In this document: piece after piece, positions 32,658-42,244 of the stretch
Position numbering within the stretch: the stretch's first letter is position 1
How the letters are laid out: each line of letters begins with the position of its first letter
Source: Patescibacteria group bacterium
GTDB lineage: Bacteria; Patescibacteriota; Patescibacteriia; SG8-24
Length of the DNA: 64,000 bases
NCBI GenBank assembly: GCA_028714475.1
Contig: JAQTNC010000001.1
Location: forward strand, 86,678 to 150,677
Direction: 5' to 3'
Notes under the pieces: model-generated
Database searches by the model: none
Seen by the model: the letters and a program-made list of their open reading frames with translations, nothing else
Told to the model about the DNA's origin: nothing
Translations under genes and position numbers: made by a program

Positions 32658-33416
32658 CTAGCGGCTCATCTCGTCCTCGCACAACTTGGATTGCCGCTCC
32701 TCAAGCGCCGACTTATACGCTGGCACCGCGTACGGCACCCAGCCCTTCGATGCGTCAGCCAAATCAATGGCGCGCGCCTGACCGGAATTCCACAAGCTGG
32801 CGCACGGCCCGGGCGAGTTATCCACGCCGGTAACCCAGAAGATCAGCTTCGATCCCTGCCGACCCAAGATGGACCAGACCGCCGATTCGCCCGGCTGGTC
32901 CGCGGTCTTTCCTGTTTCCACATACATCTCCCGCAACTCGCCGGTGCTCAACCGATAAGCGTAGAGGCGGTTCGTAACCACTGTCGGCTTGGAAAGGTCC
33001 TTGGTGGTAGTCACCAGATAAACGACGTCGGCATCCGTCGGATGCACCCAAGCCGCGTTATAAATGCGCTCGCCGTTACCCTTGATGGTCGCGAGCGCGG
33101 CTGCGGCCGGTTCGACCTTGCGCCCGTCAGGCAGGACAATCGTCACCCGACCCTCGGCATCATAATCGGCTCGCCCGTAAGCATCCTCAACGAACACCTC
33201 GTCGGTCGCCGGAAGCGCACCCAAACCTTCCGGTGCGGTCGGCTCGGCCAGCGGCTCCACGGACGCCGAAGTCTGAACCTTGAGCGCACTGACTTCAGCG
33301 CGCAGACCGCTCACGGTGGCGTCACTTGCCGACTTGCTGGCCAGGTACCCGCCGCTTACGCCCGCGAGGAGCGCCACGACCGCCACGGCCACGAGAACTG
33401 CTTTGGATTGATTCAT
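32658..33416 (-). CDS. Exported/membrane-anchored hypothetical protein
   Basis: N-terminal TM, DNSPGPC..LW motif. Confidence 0.75.
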   Translation of the reverse strand: MNQSKAVLVAVAVVALLAGVSGGYLASKSASDATVSGLRAEVSALKVQTSASVEPLAEPTAPEGLGALPATDEVFVEDAYGRADYDAEGRVTIVLPDGRKVEPAAAALATIKGNGERIYNAAWVHPTDADVVYLVTTTKDLSKPTVVTNRLYAYRLSTGELREMYVETGKTADQPGESAVWSILGRQGSKLIFWVTGVDNSPGPCASLWNSGQARAIDLADASKGWVPYAVPAYKSALEERQSKLCEDEMSR

Positions 33417-33690
33417 ATCAATGCAAAAGAAATAATGGCTAAGATAACAAAAAGATAGCACAAAAATCTCTTTTTGTCAACCGTTGTTTTGCATAAAGAA
33501 AACGGGGAGGCCGAAGGCGCCTCCCCGCCGGCGAACGCAAGTGCCCGCCACGGCTTGAACCCATTGACCGCTGACCCCAATCGACGCCAGCGGGTTCGGG
33601 ATTGAGCAGGGGCGCGACAATGTCAAAATAATTATTCACAAAACAAAAACGGCGGGCGTCAGGGACACCCGCCGCCAGCCAAGGACGCCG

Positions 33691-34197
33691 TCAACGATCG
33701 GCGTCATCGCGATCCAGAGCGCGATGACAGAACCCGAGGCCCCGATCGACCATCTGCAACACGCGCCAAAGGGCATCGACGCGATCGGTCCGGGCAATCT
33801 TCCGTGGTGTGACCTCGGCCATGGCCTTTCGGCAATCCCGAAACACCGTTGGCCATATCACGCGCGACACGGGCATTTTCTGCCGCTCCCAGAGACGGAT
33901 ATCGGTCCGGGCGTGAAGCGACTCGATCCTAGAAAAGAGCACGCCGAACTGCTCCGGTACGCCTTCGAACTCATCGTGGTAGGCGTTCAGGCAGGCCTGC
34001 CAGGACTCATGCCACCGCTCGAACTGGGACCAGAAGGTGGACACTTCGCGCAGCAATCGCCGACCGTCCGCCCGCCACCATGACCGGAACGAAAAAGCCA
34101 CCACCACCAGCACGACAACAACAAACAAATAAACCACGGCAATTATCTCCCAGCGCCCGAAGGCAAAAAGCCCCGGAAAATGACCTTCTGTCATCAT
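33691..34197 (-). CDS. Hypothetical membrane-anchored (orphan) protein
   Basis: Val-rich TM followed by soluble domain; start uncertain. Confidence 0.55.
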   Translation of the reverse strand: MMTEGHFPGLFAFGRWEIIAVVYLFVVVVLVVVAFSFRSWWRADGRRLLREVSTFWSQFERWHESWQACLNAYHDEFEGVPEQFGVLFSRIESLHARTDIRLWERQKMPVSRVIWPTVFRDCRKAMAEVTPRKIARTDRVDALWRVLQMVDRGLGFCHRALDRDDADR

Positions 34198-34425
34198 GGC
34201 CGCGCTGGGCGTATTCGTCAAATCTGGCCGAACGAAACGCAAAAAAATACCATATTTTAAATAAAAAACTGCTGTTTAGTCGCCTCTTGCCAACCTTCCG
34301 TTTATAATGTATATTATGAACGAACAATAGATTCGCCGCCCGCGAGGGGCGGTTTTAAGACCCAAGAAAATCTTCATCTAGCCAAGACCCGGCCGCCATG
34401 GCGCCGCTTCAATACCCAGAACCAT

Positions 34426-34614
34426 ATGGCTAACAAAATAGTCACTTACGTCCAGGAGTGCCGCGAGGAACTCAAGAAGGTCACTTGGCCTTCACGCGAA
34501 CAGGTCATCCGCGACACGCTGATCGTGCTCGGTCTCTCCATCGCCACGGCCGCCTTTTTTGGCCTGATTGATTTCGGCATGATGTCGGCGTTCCGACAGT
34601 ACCTGCAGGTCTAG
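34426..34614 (+). CDS. secE: Preprotein translocase subunit SecE
   Basis: ELKKVTWPSR plus TM, upstream of nusG. Confidence 0.95.
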   Translation: MANKIVTYVQECREELKKVTWPSREQVIRDTLIVLGLSIATAAFFGLIDFGMMSAFRQYLQV

Positions 34615-34676
34615 ACCGGCACCCTACTCACCAAAGTCCCTTCATCGCCCTGTACCGAACGGTGCAAGGCAAGCCT

Positions 34677-35222
34677 ATGCCAAAGCAAACAACGAACGTC
34701 GGTCGCCGCTGGTACGCCATCCACACCTACTCCGGCTACGAGGAGAACGTGGCGCACAACCTCAAACAGCGCATCGAGTCCATGGACATGCAGGACAAGA
34801 TCTTCAACATTCTCATCCCGAAGGAGAAGAAGATCAAGATCAAGAACGGCAAGCGTAAGGTGGTCGAGGAGAAGATCTTCCCCGGCTACGTGATGGTCGA
34901 GATGGTCGTCACCGACGATTCGTGGTACGTCGTGCGCAACACGCCGAACGTCACCGGCTTCATCGGCACCGGCAACACGCCGACGCCGGTCGCCGAGGAC
35001 GAAATCAAGGCCCTGCAGAAGCGCATGGGCGTCGAGGAGCCGGAATACAAGATCAACGTCGAGGTCAATGCGCCGGTCAAAATCACCGACGGTCCGTTCA
35101 AGAATTTCGAGGGCAAGGTCGCGGAAATCGACGAGTCGCGCGGCAAGATCAAGGTGCTCGTTTCCATGTTCGGCCGCGAAACGCCGGTGGAACTCGACTT
35201 CCTGCAGGTGAAGAAAATATAG
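34677..35222 (+). CDS. nusG: Transcription factor NusG
   Basis: WYAIHTYSGYE, FPGYV, VRNTPNVTGF, KOW DGPF..F.G, FGRETPVEL. Confidence 0.99.
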   Translation: MPKQTTNVGRRWYAIHTYSGYEENVAHNLKQRIESMDMQDKIFNILIPKEKKIKIKNGKRKVVEEKIFPGYVMVEMVVTDDSWYVVRNTPNVTGFIGTGNTPTPVAEDEIKALQKRMGVEEPEYKINVEVNAPVKITDGPFKNFEGKVAEIDESRGKIKVLVSMFGRETPVELDFLQVKKI

Positions 35223-35300
35223 CCGTCAACCAATCATCAAAAGGCCCGCCACCCGGCGGGCTTTTGGTTTGACGAAGCAAGGCGAGTGATTCATATTTAT

Positions 35301-35368
35301 AGTGCTGAAGATGGGGGCGCTGAAGTACTGAAGAAAAAACCTTCAGCACTTCAGCACTCCAGCAATTC
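35301..35368. repeat. Inverted octamer repeats (agtgctga / cttcagca)
   Basis: agtgctgaag...gctgaagtactgaag / cttcagcacttcagcactccagcaa; same unit at about 16118-16154 and 30380-30461. Confidence 0.65.
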
Positions 35369-35378
35369 CCCACTCTCT

Positions 35379-35873
35379 ATGCTCCGCTTCCTCTGGCTCA
35401 AAGACGCCGCCGACTGCCCCACGCCCGCCGATGGCTTTTTGCCGCCTGCGGAAATCTCCGCCGCTGACCGTGAGCGCGTGCTCGCCCTGCTCGGCCAACT
35501 CACCGAACGCCCGCCGACGGAAATCGACTTGGCCGACGTGGCAGCCGCGCCGGACACGTTTATCGTCGCGGCAGTTGCCAATGACGAGCCCGGCCTGCCG
35601 GAAGGCATCGTCGGCATGGCGACGCTCATCCGCCTCCGCAAGCTCACCGGCTTGAGCGGCCACGTCGAGGACGTGGTCGTGGACGAGGCCTGCCGCGGCC
35701 GCGGCTTGGCCAAGACGCTCATGGGGCATCTGCACGACGCCGGCCGCGCACTCAAACTGAAGCACATCAACCTCACGAGCCAACCGCAACGCGAAACGGC
35801 CAACCGCCTCTACCAACAGCTCGGCTACGAGCGGCGCGACACCAACGCTTACCGGCTAACGCTGATACCATGA
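35379..35873 (+). CDS. GNAT family N-acetyltransferase
   Basis: VEDVVVD..CRGRGLA, LTS.P.RE.AN.LY..LGYERRDTN. Confidence 0.9.
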   Translation: MLRFLWLKDAADCPTPADGFLPPAEISAADRERVLALLGQLTERPPTEIDLADVAAAPDTFIVAAVANDEPGLPEGIVGMATLIRLRKLTGLSGHVEDVVVDEACRGRGLAKTLMGHLHDAGRALKLKHINLTSQPQRETANRLYQQLGYERRDTNAYRLTLIP

Positions 35874-36196
35874 CCATCAACCCCGCGCTCCCGCTCATCG
35901 TCTTTGGCGGACTGATCCTCACCGCCGGCGACATCATCATGAAAACCTGGGTCGCCAAAAACAATTGGTCGTTTTTTGTCATCGGTTTCCTGGCTTACGC
36001 GGTCGGCTTGATTTGCCTCGCCTTCAGTTTCCGCCACCAGAACATCGCCACTGCCTCGCTGGCGATGGTGCTCTTCAACATCATCACGCTGGCGGCCGTG
36101 AGTCGCTTCTGGTTTCATGAGCCGCTTACCGCCTGGCGTTCGGTCGGCCTGCTCATCGGCTTGGTCGCGGTCGTGGTGCTGGAGCTGGCCGGATGA
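35870..36196 (+). CDS. Small DMT/SMR-family membrane transporter
   Basis: 108 aa, 4 TM helices, GDI.MK.W, FHEPLT...GL. Confidence 0.75.
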   Translation: MTINPALPLIVFGGLILTAGDIIMKTWVAKNNWSFFVIGFLAYAVGLICLAFSFRHQNIATASLAMVLFNIITLAAVSRFWFHEPLTAWRSVGLLIGLVAVVVLELAG

Positions 36197-36286
36197 CGGG
36201 TCAACAGCAGGCTCACGGCCCGTCTTGACCCGGGATTTTTTTTATTCTAGACTTTGCCCAGACCTTTACCTGAAGGGAGTCATAAC

Positions 36287-36832
36287 ATGACTGACCCCAA
36301 AGATATTCCTGGCTGGAGAACGGCTTGCGGCGCCCGCGCCAGATTGGTGCGTGCGGTCAGGACGTTCTGCGTCTGTCAGGCGAGAACATGGCAAACCCTG
36401 CCGCTCAAGGCTCTCCTGGCGACCGACCTGACCCTGCCTCAGCCGGATCCGGCTTGCATCGAATTGGGGCAGGAGTTGAGCCTCCGGCGCCTGACCTATC
36501 ACTTCGGCTTCTGGCCCATTCGCGCGACGCTGGACCAAGAGCGCCACTACCACGCCTACGTGGACTGTCTGACCGGCGAACTGGTCGACCCGAGCCTGCT
36601 TCACGCCCGACAGGAGATCGTTCCTGCCCACGACGACACCGTCGGCCTGCTCGCCTGGCACATGGATGAGCTCGATGCCGCCGCCATTGCCGCCGCGCTG
36701 GACGCGGAAGGCGAACGGCTGTTCCGAGTTCGTAGCAGGGCGAGGTGCCTTCAGCGAGCCACGCAGGGTAAGTTGAATCTCGGCGCGCATATCCGACGCC
36801 GCTGCGCCTGGCCTCCGCTCATTGCGACCTGA
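36287..36832 (+). CDS. Hypothetical (orphan) protein
   Basis: GGGAG SD, TTGACC promoter upstream, hairpin plus T-run downstream. Confidence 0.6.
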   Translation: MTDPKDIPGWRTACGARARLVRAVRTFCVCQARTWQTLPLKALLATDLTLPQPDPACIELGQELSLRRLTYHFGFWPIRATLDQERHYHAYVDCLTGELVDPSLLHARQEIVPAHDDTVGLLAWHMDELDAAAIAAALDAEGERLFRVRSRARCLQRATQGKLNLGAHIRRRCAWPPLIAT

Positions 36833-37193
36833 AAGCCGTCGTCCCCCTTGGACGACCGCCGCGTGGACACCCTGTGTCCGCGCGGTTTTTGTTCACCTCC
36901 GCCAAATACCCCGGGCGCCAGCCCGGGATTCCTGACGCGTGAATCCCCCGAAGCCCGGATGGCGTAGGGGGCAGAGGGCTGCGGTGAATGAAATATGAAG
37001 GGGCCTTAGATACCCCGGCCGTGAGGCCGGGGAGTCTTCATTTTGCGATAATCAATTGACATTAACCGTTCGTGGATGCAAACACTAACTGACGAACGCA
37101 ACCTTGACTTATCGACCGCCCCTCGGCGTTCGTTTATATTTCCAACAAAAAACCGCCCCCGGAGAAACCCGGCGACGGTGATTGACACGCGGT

Positions 37194-37889
37194 TCAGCGG
37201 CCGCGACAAGAACCCAAGAGACTCCAGGCGGCAATCGGCGTGAGATAGGCGGCGGCGTAGACCAAGCCGACCAGGACGGCCGCCGGAAACGCGACGACGA
37301 ATCCCCAATGGAGAGCCAGGCCGCACACCATGAGCAGGCCGAATAACAGCCCGCGCGACAGAGCGTGTAGCGGCAGTAACCGCCACAGGCCACGGTTGTC
37401 ATGGCCACGCAGGTGAAGCAGGATGTCCTTGACCGCCAGCAACAACGCGAATACGGCTACGATAGCCGCCAAGCCGACCAAACCGCCCACTTCCGCGCCT
37501 ATCGCCGAGCTGATGGACAGGATCATCGCCGAAAAGGCCATAACCGGCATCAGTTCGCCCGGCCCAATATTCTCGAGGGCGTACTCCCAAGTCCATGACC
37601 GCCGCAGCGACCGGATGTAGCCGATGGCGAGCCAGAGGCAGAGGGCCGACGCCCAGATGTCGTGCCGACCGAGGATACCGCCGTAGGGCAAGACGTACTT
37701 GGCACCCGGCCACAGCGGAGCTGACTCGACCAGGCGTTCGTGGCCGCCGACAAGCAGGGTCACCCGCAGCGTGAGCCACATGAGCAGGGCCGTGAGCCCC
37801 GCCCAAAAGCCGGCCGATTCGACCACCCGCTTCGCCACGACCAAAGACGCAATCAAACGACTGTTCGAACGGTTACGCCGAGAAATCAT
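37194..37889 (-). CDS. Hypothetical multi-TM (orphan) protein
   Basis: AAAGGGG upstream of MISRR, about 6 hydrophobic segments. Confidence 0.6.
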   Translation of the reverse strand: MISRRNRSNSRLIASLVVAKRVVESAGFWAGLTALLMWLTLRVTLLVGGHERLVESAPLWPGAKYVLPYGGILGRHDIWASALCLWLAIGYIRSLRRSWTWEYALENIGPGELMPVMAFSAMILSISSAIGAEVGGLVGLAAIVAVFALLLAVKDILLHLRGHDNRGLWRLLPLHALSRGLLFGLLMVCGLALHWGFVVAFPAAVLVGLVYAAAYLTPIAAWSLLGSCRGR

Positions 37890-38086
37890 CGGGTTCCCCT
37901 TTCGCTTTTTTCCGCGCCAATCGGCGTCGGACTTTGATGACAATGATCCAGACCGAAATAATTTTCGGGCATCAGCTCGGCAAAGTCAAACGCGGCGCGT
38001 CGCAGAAGCGAAAAACCCCTACAAAAAAACCGACGCGACACCCCGGAGGCAGGTGCCGCGTCTTGAACGAAGTCGATCTTCTTGTC

Positions 38087-38653
38087 TTAGCCCGCTCGGC
38101 GGATGCCCGAACTGGTCAGCTCGAGTTGCATTTCCGCCATGAGCCTCTGAACCTCGTCGAGCCTTGAAACAGGGCACCGCTCGGAACCAGGGCCAGGGAC
38201 CGTGAGCGCGGCTACCAGCAGGGCTTGCCGGCGCACGATTTCCAGTTCCTGCTCCAACGCCTGCCTTTGACGCAACTCGTTCACCCAGGCGCTGCTCAAA
38301 TGAGTGATCTCGGTCGTGGCATCATCCAGCTCTCGTGTCAGCCTTTCGGTCTCCAAGGAACGCTGGCCAACCTCCCTGACCACGTCCATCAGGATGGATG
38401 ACGTCGGTTCAGCCGGCGGCGGCCTTCTTGAAATGCGCCGCACGCCCGAACGCTCGACGCGGTTCGACAGCCCCTCGGCCTCGAGCCGGATCTGCCGCCA
38501 GCACCAGAGCGCGGCCAGGACGTTGTATGCGACCGTCAGCGAGCCAACCGCCCTGACCTGATCCTGATTGCCGAACACGAACGTGGTGAGCAGCGCTACG
38601 ACCGTCAGGCCGGTGACGGCCAAAATGCAGGGAGCAACTCTCTTATCGACCAT
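38087..38653 (-). CDS. Hypothetical 2-TM plus coiled-coil (orphan) protein
   Basis: GGAGG SD before MVDKR. Confidence 0.65.
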   Translation of the reverse strand: MVDKRVAPCILAVTGLTVVALLTTFVFGNQDQVRAVGSLTVAYNVLAALWCWRQIRLEAEGLSNRVERSGVRRISRRPPPAEPTSSILMDVVREVGQRSLETERLTRELDDATTEITHLSSAWVNELRQRQALEQELEIVRRQALLVAALTVPGPGSERCPVSRLDEVQRLMAEMQLELTSSGIRRAG

Positions 38654-38675
38654 AAAACCTCCATTGCTGACCAAA

Positions 38676-38704
38676 ATCATAGCATATTTTACCCCTTTTG
38701 TCAA
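38676..38704 (-). promoter_or_regulatory. Sigma70 promoter
   Basis: TTGACA-17 nt-TATGAT with extended TG. Confidence 0.65.
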
Positions 38705-38850
38705 GCCTGACTGCTCATGAAAGACAACCCAAAGCAAGCCCCGCCCGCCCTTGCATTTACCTAAAGCTTCGTATAATATTCCTCCACGTGTCAGGTGCGG
38801 CCATGACGGCCGGCTTCTCACCGAGGCACCCAACAACCAACCAACTGACT

Positions 38851-39273
38851 ATGGCTAAGAAAATCAAGACATTTATCAAGCTGCAGATTCCCGCTGGCAA
38901 GGCGAACCCCGCCCCGCCGGTCGGCCCGGCGCTCGGCCAACACGGCCTGAACATCGCCGAGTTCTGCCAGAAGTTCAACGCCGCGACCGCCGCCCTCGGC
39001 GGTGACATCACGCCGGTCGTCATCACCGTCTACGATGATCGCACCTATACCTTCGTCCTCAAGACCCCGCCGGCCGCGGAACTCATCAAGAAGGCCGCCG
39101 GCATCACGAGCGGCTCGAAAAAGCCGCTGACCGAGAAGGTCGGCACCATCACCAAAGCCCAGCTCAAGGAGATCGCCGAGAAGAAAATGCCTGACTTGAA
39201 CGCCAACGACATCGAAGCCGCGATGAAAATCATCGCCGGCACCGCGCGTCAGATGGGCGTGGAGGTGAAATAA
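38851..39273 (+). CDS. rplK: 50S ribosomal protein L11
   Basis: [35 protein letters not shown]. Confidence 0.99.
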   Translation: MAKKIKTFIKLQIPAGKANPAPPVGPALGQHGLNIAEFCQKFNAATAALGGDITPVVITVYDDRTYTFVLKTPPAAELIKKAAGITSGSKKPLTEKVGTITKAQLKEIAEKKMPDLNANDIEAAMKIIAGTARQMGVEVK

Positions 39274-39306
39274 TGTAGCGGGGTAAACCCGCCCGCTACG
39301 ATAAAT

Positions 39307-39340
39307 TGTGGGAGGCCCGAATACGGCCGTCCGCACCACG
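39307..39340 (+). promoter_or_regulatory. Putative L1-binding autoregulatory leader
   Basis: gtgggag-hairpin-accac just upstream of the rplA start, matching the L1 operator pattern. Confidence 0.65.
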
Positions 39341-39348
39341 AAAAGCAT

Positions 39349-40029
39349 ATGGCTCACAGCAAGCGCTACAAAGAACTCCTGGCGTCCTACGACGCGAGGA
39401 AATCCTACTCCCCCGCCGAGGCGGTCGAGTTGGTGAAGAAACTCTCGACCACGAAATTCGACAGCTCCGTCGAGGTTCACATCCGCTTGGGCATTGACCC
39501 GAAGAAAAGCGACCAGATGGTGCGCTCCACCGTCGCCCTCCCGCACGGCACCGGCAAGACCAAGAAGGTGGCCGCTTTCGTGAGCGGAGACAAGGAGAAG
39601 GAAGCCAAGGAAGCCGGCGCGGATCTCATCGGCGGCGAGGAGCTCATCGCCAAAATCGCCTCGACCGGCAAGATTGAATTTGACATCGCGGTCGCCACGC
39701 CGGACATGATGCCGAAACTCGCCAAGGTCGCCAAGATCCTCGGCCCGCGCGGCCTCATGCCGAGCCCGAAGAACGATACCGTCACGCCAAACATCAAGAA
39801 AGCGATCGAGGAGATGAAGAAAGGCAAGGTCGCCTTCAAGAGCGACGACACCGGCAACATCCACCAGGCCATCGGCAAGGCGTCGTTCACCGCCGAACAG
39901 CTCGCCGACAACTTCACCGCCTTCATGGAGGCTGTCCGCAAGGCCAAACCGTCGTCCTCGAAGGGCGTATATCTCGTGTCCGTCACCGTCGCCCCGACCA
40001 TGGGCCCGGGCGTGAAGGTCTCTGTTTAG
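39349..40029 (+). CDS. rplA: 50S ribosomal protein L1
   Basis: LGIDP, LPHGTGK, ATPDMM, LGPRGLMP, TMGPG. Confidence 0.99.
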   Translation: MAHSKRYKELLASYDARKSYSPAEAVELVKKLSTTKFDSSVEVHIRLGIDPKKSDQMVRSTVALPHGTGKTKKVAAFVSGDKEKEAKEAGADLIGGEELIAKIASTGKIEFDIAVATPDMMPKLAKVAKILGPRGLMPSPKNDTVTPNIKKAIEEMKKGKVAFKSDDTGNIHQAIGKASFTAEQLADNFTAFMEAVRKAKPSSSKGVYLVSVTVAPTMGPGVKVSV

Positions 40030-40155
40030 CCCACCAACGATAAGAACCGACCCCGCCACCCGGCGGGGTTTTGGTTTCCTGCGGTTATCCACTTGACCGC
40101 TAGGTGTGTCTTTGGCAAATTAACAATCGTTCGTCTTCATCCCCAACCGACACAA

Positions 40156-40548
40156 ATGTCGTCTATGAACAACCTCCGTCCAACCATACTTGCCCTGCTC
40201 GCGCCGATGACCGCCTTGTCCGCGCTGGTCTTGCCGCGCGGAGCAGGCGCCACCGTCATCAACACCGGCCTCGGCTTCGCCCTGAACATCACCACGCCGA
40301 CGCATGACACTATGTACATCATCGTCGGGCTGGGTCGCTTGTTGCTTGGACTCGTGTGTGTCTTCATGGTCATCAACATCGTCCACCAAGCAGTTGAGAT
40401 AAATAATGACGGCGAGCGGACGGAGTCGCTCTCTGCGTCCATTCACTCAATCGTGAACAGCGTCATCTGCATGATTGGCGCCATGATCCTGGCCGGCGTC
40501 CTGCCGTCCGTGGCGGGTGTTGCCGCGCGCTTCGTTGGCCAAGCCTAA
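40156..40548 (+). CDS. Small membrane protein, VirB2/TrbC pilin-like topology
   Basis: Signal peptide followed by two TM helices. Confidence 0.55.
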   Translation: MSSMNNLRPTILALLAPMTALSALVLPRGAGATVINTGLGFALNITTPTHDTMYIIVGLGRLLLGLVCVFMVINIVHQAVEINNDGERTESLSASIHSIVNSVICMIGAMILAGVLPSVAGVAARFVGQA

Positions 40549-40554
40549 CGGCGT

Positions 40555-40983
40555 ATGCAACTTGCCGTCACCAGAATCGACAAGGACCTGCCGCTCCCGC
40601 GCTACGAGACCGCGGGGGCATGCGCTTTTGACGTACTGGCGCGCATCGAGACGGTCATCCCCCCGAAAACGCTCGGCTTCGTGCCCGGCAACGTCATCGT
40701 CTGCGTGCCCGAAGGCCACGTGCTCATGCTCGCTTCCCGCTCCTCGACGCCGCGCAAAAAGGGTCTGCTCACGCCGCACGGCTTCGGCACGATAGATCAG
40801 GATTACTGCGGGCCGGATGACGAGCTGATCGTCCAGGTCTACAACTTCACCGACGAGCCGGTGACGGTCGCCCGCGGCGAACGCATCGCCCAAGCGCTCA
40901 TCGTCCCGGTCGCCAAATTCGAAATCATCGAGACGCCGCCGAATGCGAGCCGTAGCCGCGGCGGCTTCGGAACGACGGGATAA
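40555..40983 (+). CDS. dut: dUTP diphosphatase
   Basis: GACAFD, SRSS, GTIDQDYCG, GERIAQ, RGGFGTTG. Confidence 0.97.
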   Translation: MQLAVTRIDKDLPLPRYETAGACAFDVLARIETVIPPKTLGFVPGNVIVCVPEGHVLMLASRSSTPRKKGLLTPHGFGTIDQDYCGPDDELIVQVYNFTDEPVTVARGERIAQALIVPVAKFEIIETPPNASRSRGGFGTTG

Positions 40984-41036
40984 CGAATCCTCATATACAA
41001 AAGCGCCTGTCCCCCCATGGTCAGACGCTGTTTTGG

Positions 41037-41495
41037 TCACCGTTCGGTGATGAGCCCGCGGAGTTTCAGTTCCGCGGTTGAAGGAGCGACGGCGAAAACG
41101 GATGCGCGCCTGAAAAAATCCATCAAGATGTCGACGGTTGGAATCAGGTGGCTCTGACTGGCGACACAAAGGCAAGTACAGCAGTCGCCTAGACGCATGC
41201 TCTCCTGGACGGCTTTCAATCCTGACAATTTCCGGCGGAGAACCCCCATGTTCTCTTGAGACAATCGCTGCGACAGGCGAATGCTCCAGCTGTCGAGATC
41301 GCGGCAAAAGACCGCGCACAAACCGTCACCGAGCAGAAGGATGCCATAGAAGCGCGGCAAGGGGCCCAGTTCCGGCGCGCCGACGTGCCGACGGTTGCGT
41401 AGCGAAAGATGAACGACATCGACACCCACTTCGGCCAACTCTGCCGCCGCAATCTTGGCGGCTTGGGAAGAATATAGGTCGTTCAATTTTTCCAT
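41037..41495 (-). CDS. Hypothetical (orphan) protein
   Basis: AGAGAGG upstream, TTGACA about 55 nt upstream. Confidence 0.55.
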   Translation of the reverse strand: MEKLNDLYSSQAAKIAAAELAEVGVDVVHLSLRNRRHVGAPELGPLPRFYGILLLGDGLCAVFCRDLDSWSIRLSQRLSQENMGVLRRKLSGLKAVQESMRLGDCCTCLCVASQSHLIPTVDILMDFFRRASVFAVAPSTAELKLRGLITER

Positions 41496-41607
41496 CGAGT
41501 TGCCTCTCTTTCTTTTGTAGTATACTACAATAATTCCTGTCTTTTGTCAAGACTAAAAGGCAAACAAAAAGGTGCCCCCTCTTGGGGCGCCCGTTTTATT
41601 AATCTCT

Positions 41608-42198
41608 TCATTTCTTCATCTTCAGTGGCCTCTTCATCAGCGGCACGTCCCCCTTGAGCAGCCAAACCTTGGGCAGGCATTTCAGGATGGCCTCAACGGC
41701 CAACTTGATGTTGAGGTGGTCGGTGTCGATGGTGGCGTCATAAACGCTCATGTCGTCAAAATCGATGCCGTAGGTCTTGCGGTAACGGATGACGTTCTCT
41801 CGGTCGCGGCGGCACAAGTCGGCGTAAGCCTTCTTGAAGGGAATCTTCTCCCGCCTGGCGATGCGCTCCGCGCGGACTTTGGCGCTCGCCGTCAGCCAGA
41901 TTTTCTTGGCCGCAATGTCAAAACCGAGGCAGGTCCAGGCGGCGAGACGGCCTTGCATCACGGCACCAGACGATTTCTTGACCATCGCCGCGACGCGGGC
42001 GTCAAATTCCCGCTCCAGGGCCTTATGCTTCCCGGCGTATACCCCGAAGGTGATGACGTCCATCCCGTGCTCGAGGCCCATCTTGCGGAAAATCTGGCCG
42101 CTGTCAACGGACTTAAGCCCCAGCCGCTTCGCGACAAGGTTGGCAACCGTGGACTTTCCGGAGCCGGACGGGCCGGCAATGACGATGACGCGTTTCAT
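41608..42198 (-). CDS. cmk: Cytidylate kinase (archaeal-type Cmk)
   Basis: GPSGSGKST, SGQIFR, GRLAAW, RIARRE, RY...YGID, YD..IDT. Confidence 0.88.
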   Translation of the reverse strand: MKRVIVIAGPSGSGKSTVANLVAKRLGLKSVDSGQIFRKMGLEHGMDVITFGVYAGKHKALEREFDARVAAMVKKSSGAVMQGRLAAWTCLGFDIAAKKIWLTASAKVRAERIARREKIPFKKAYADLCRRDRENVIRYRKTYGIDFDDMSVYDATIDTDHLNIKLAVEAILKCLPKVWLLKGDVPLMKRPLKMKK

Positions 42199-42244
42199 AG
42201 GAGATTAGTATTATCTCCGGATTAGGAGACTGGCGCAAGGGGTG

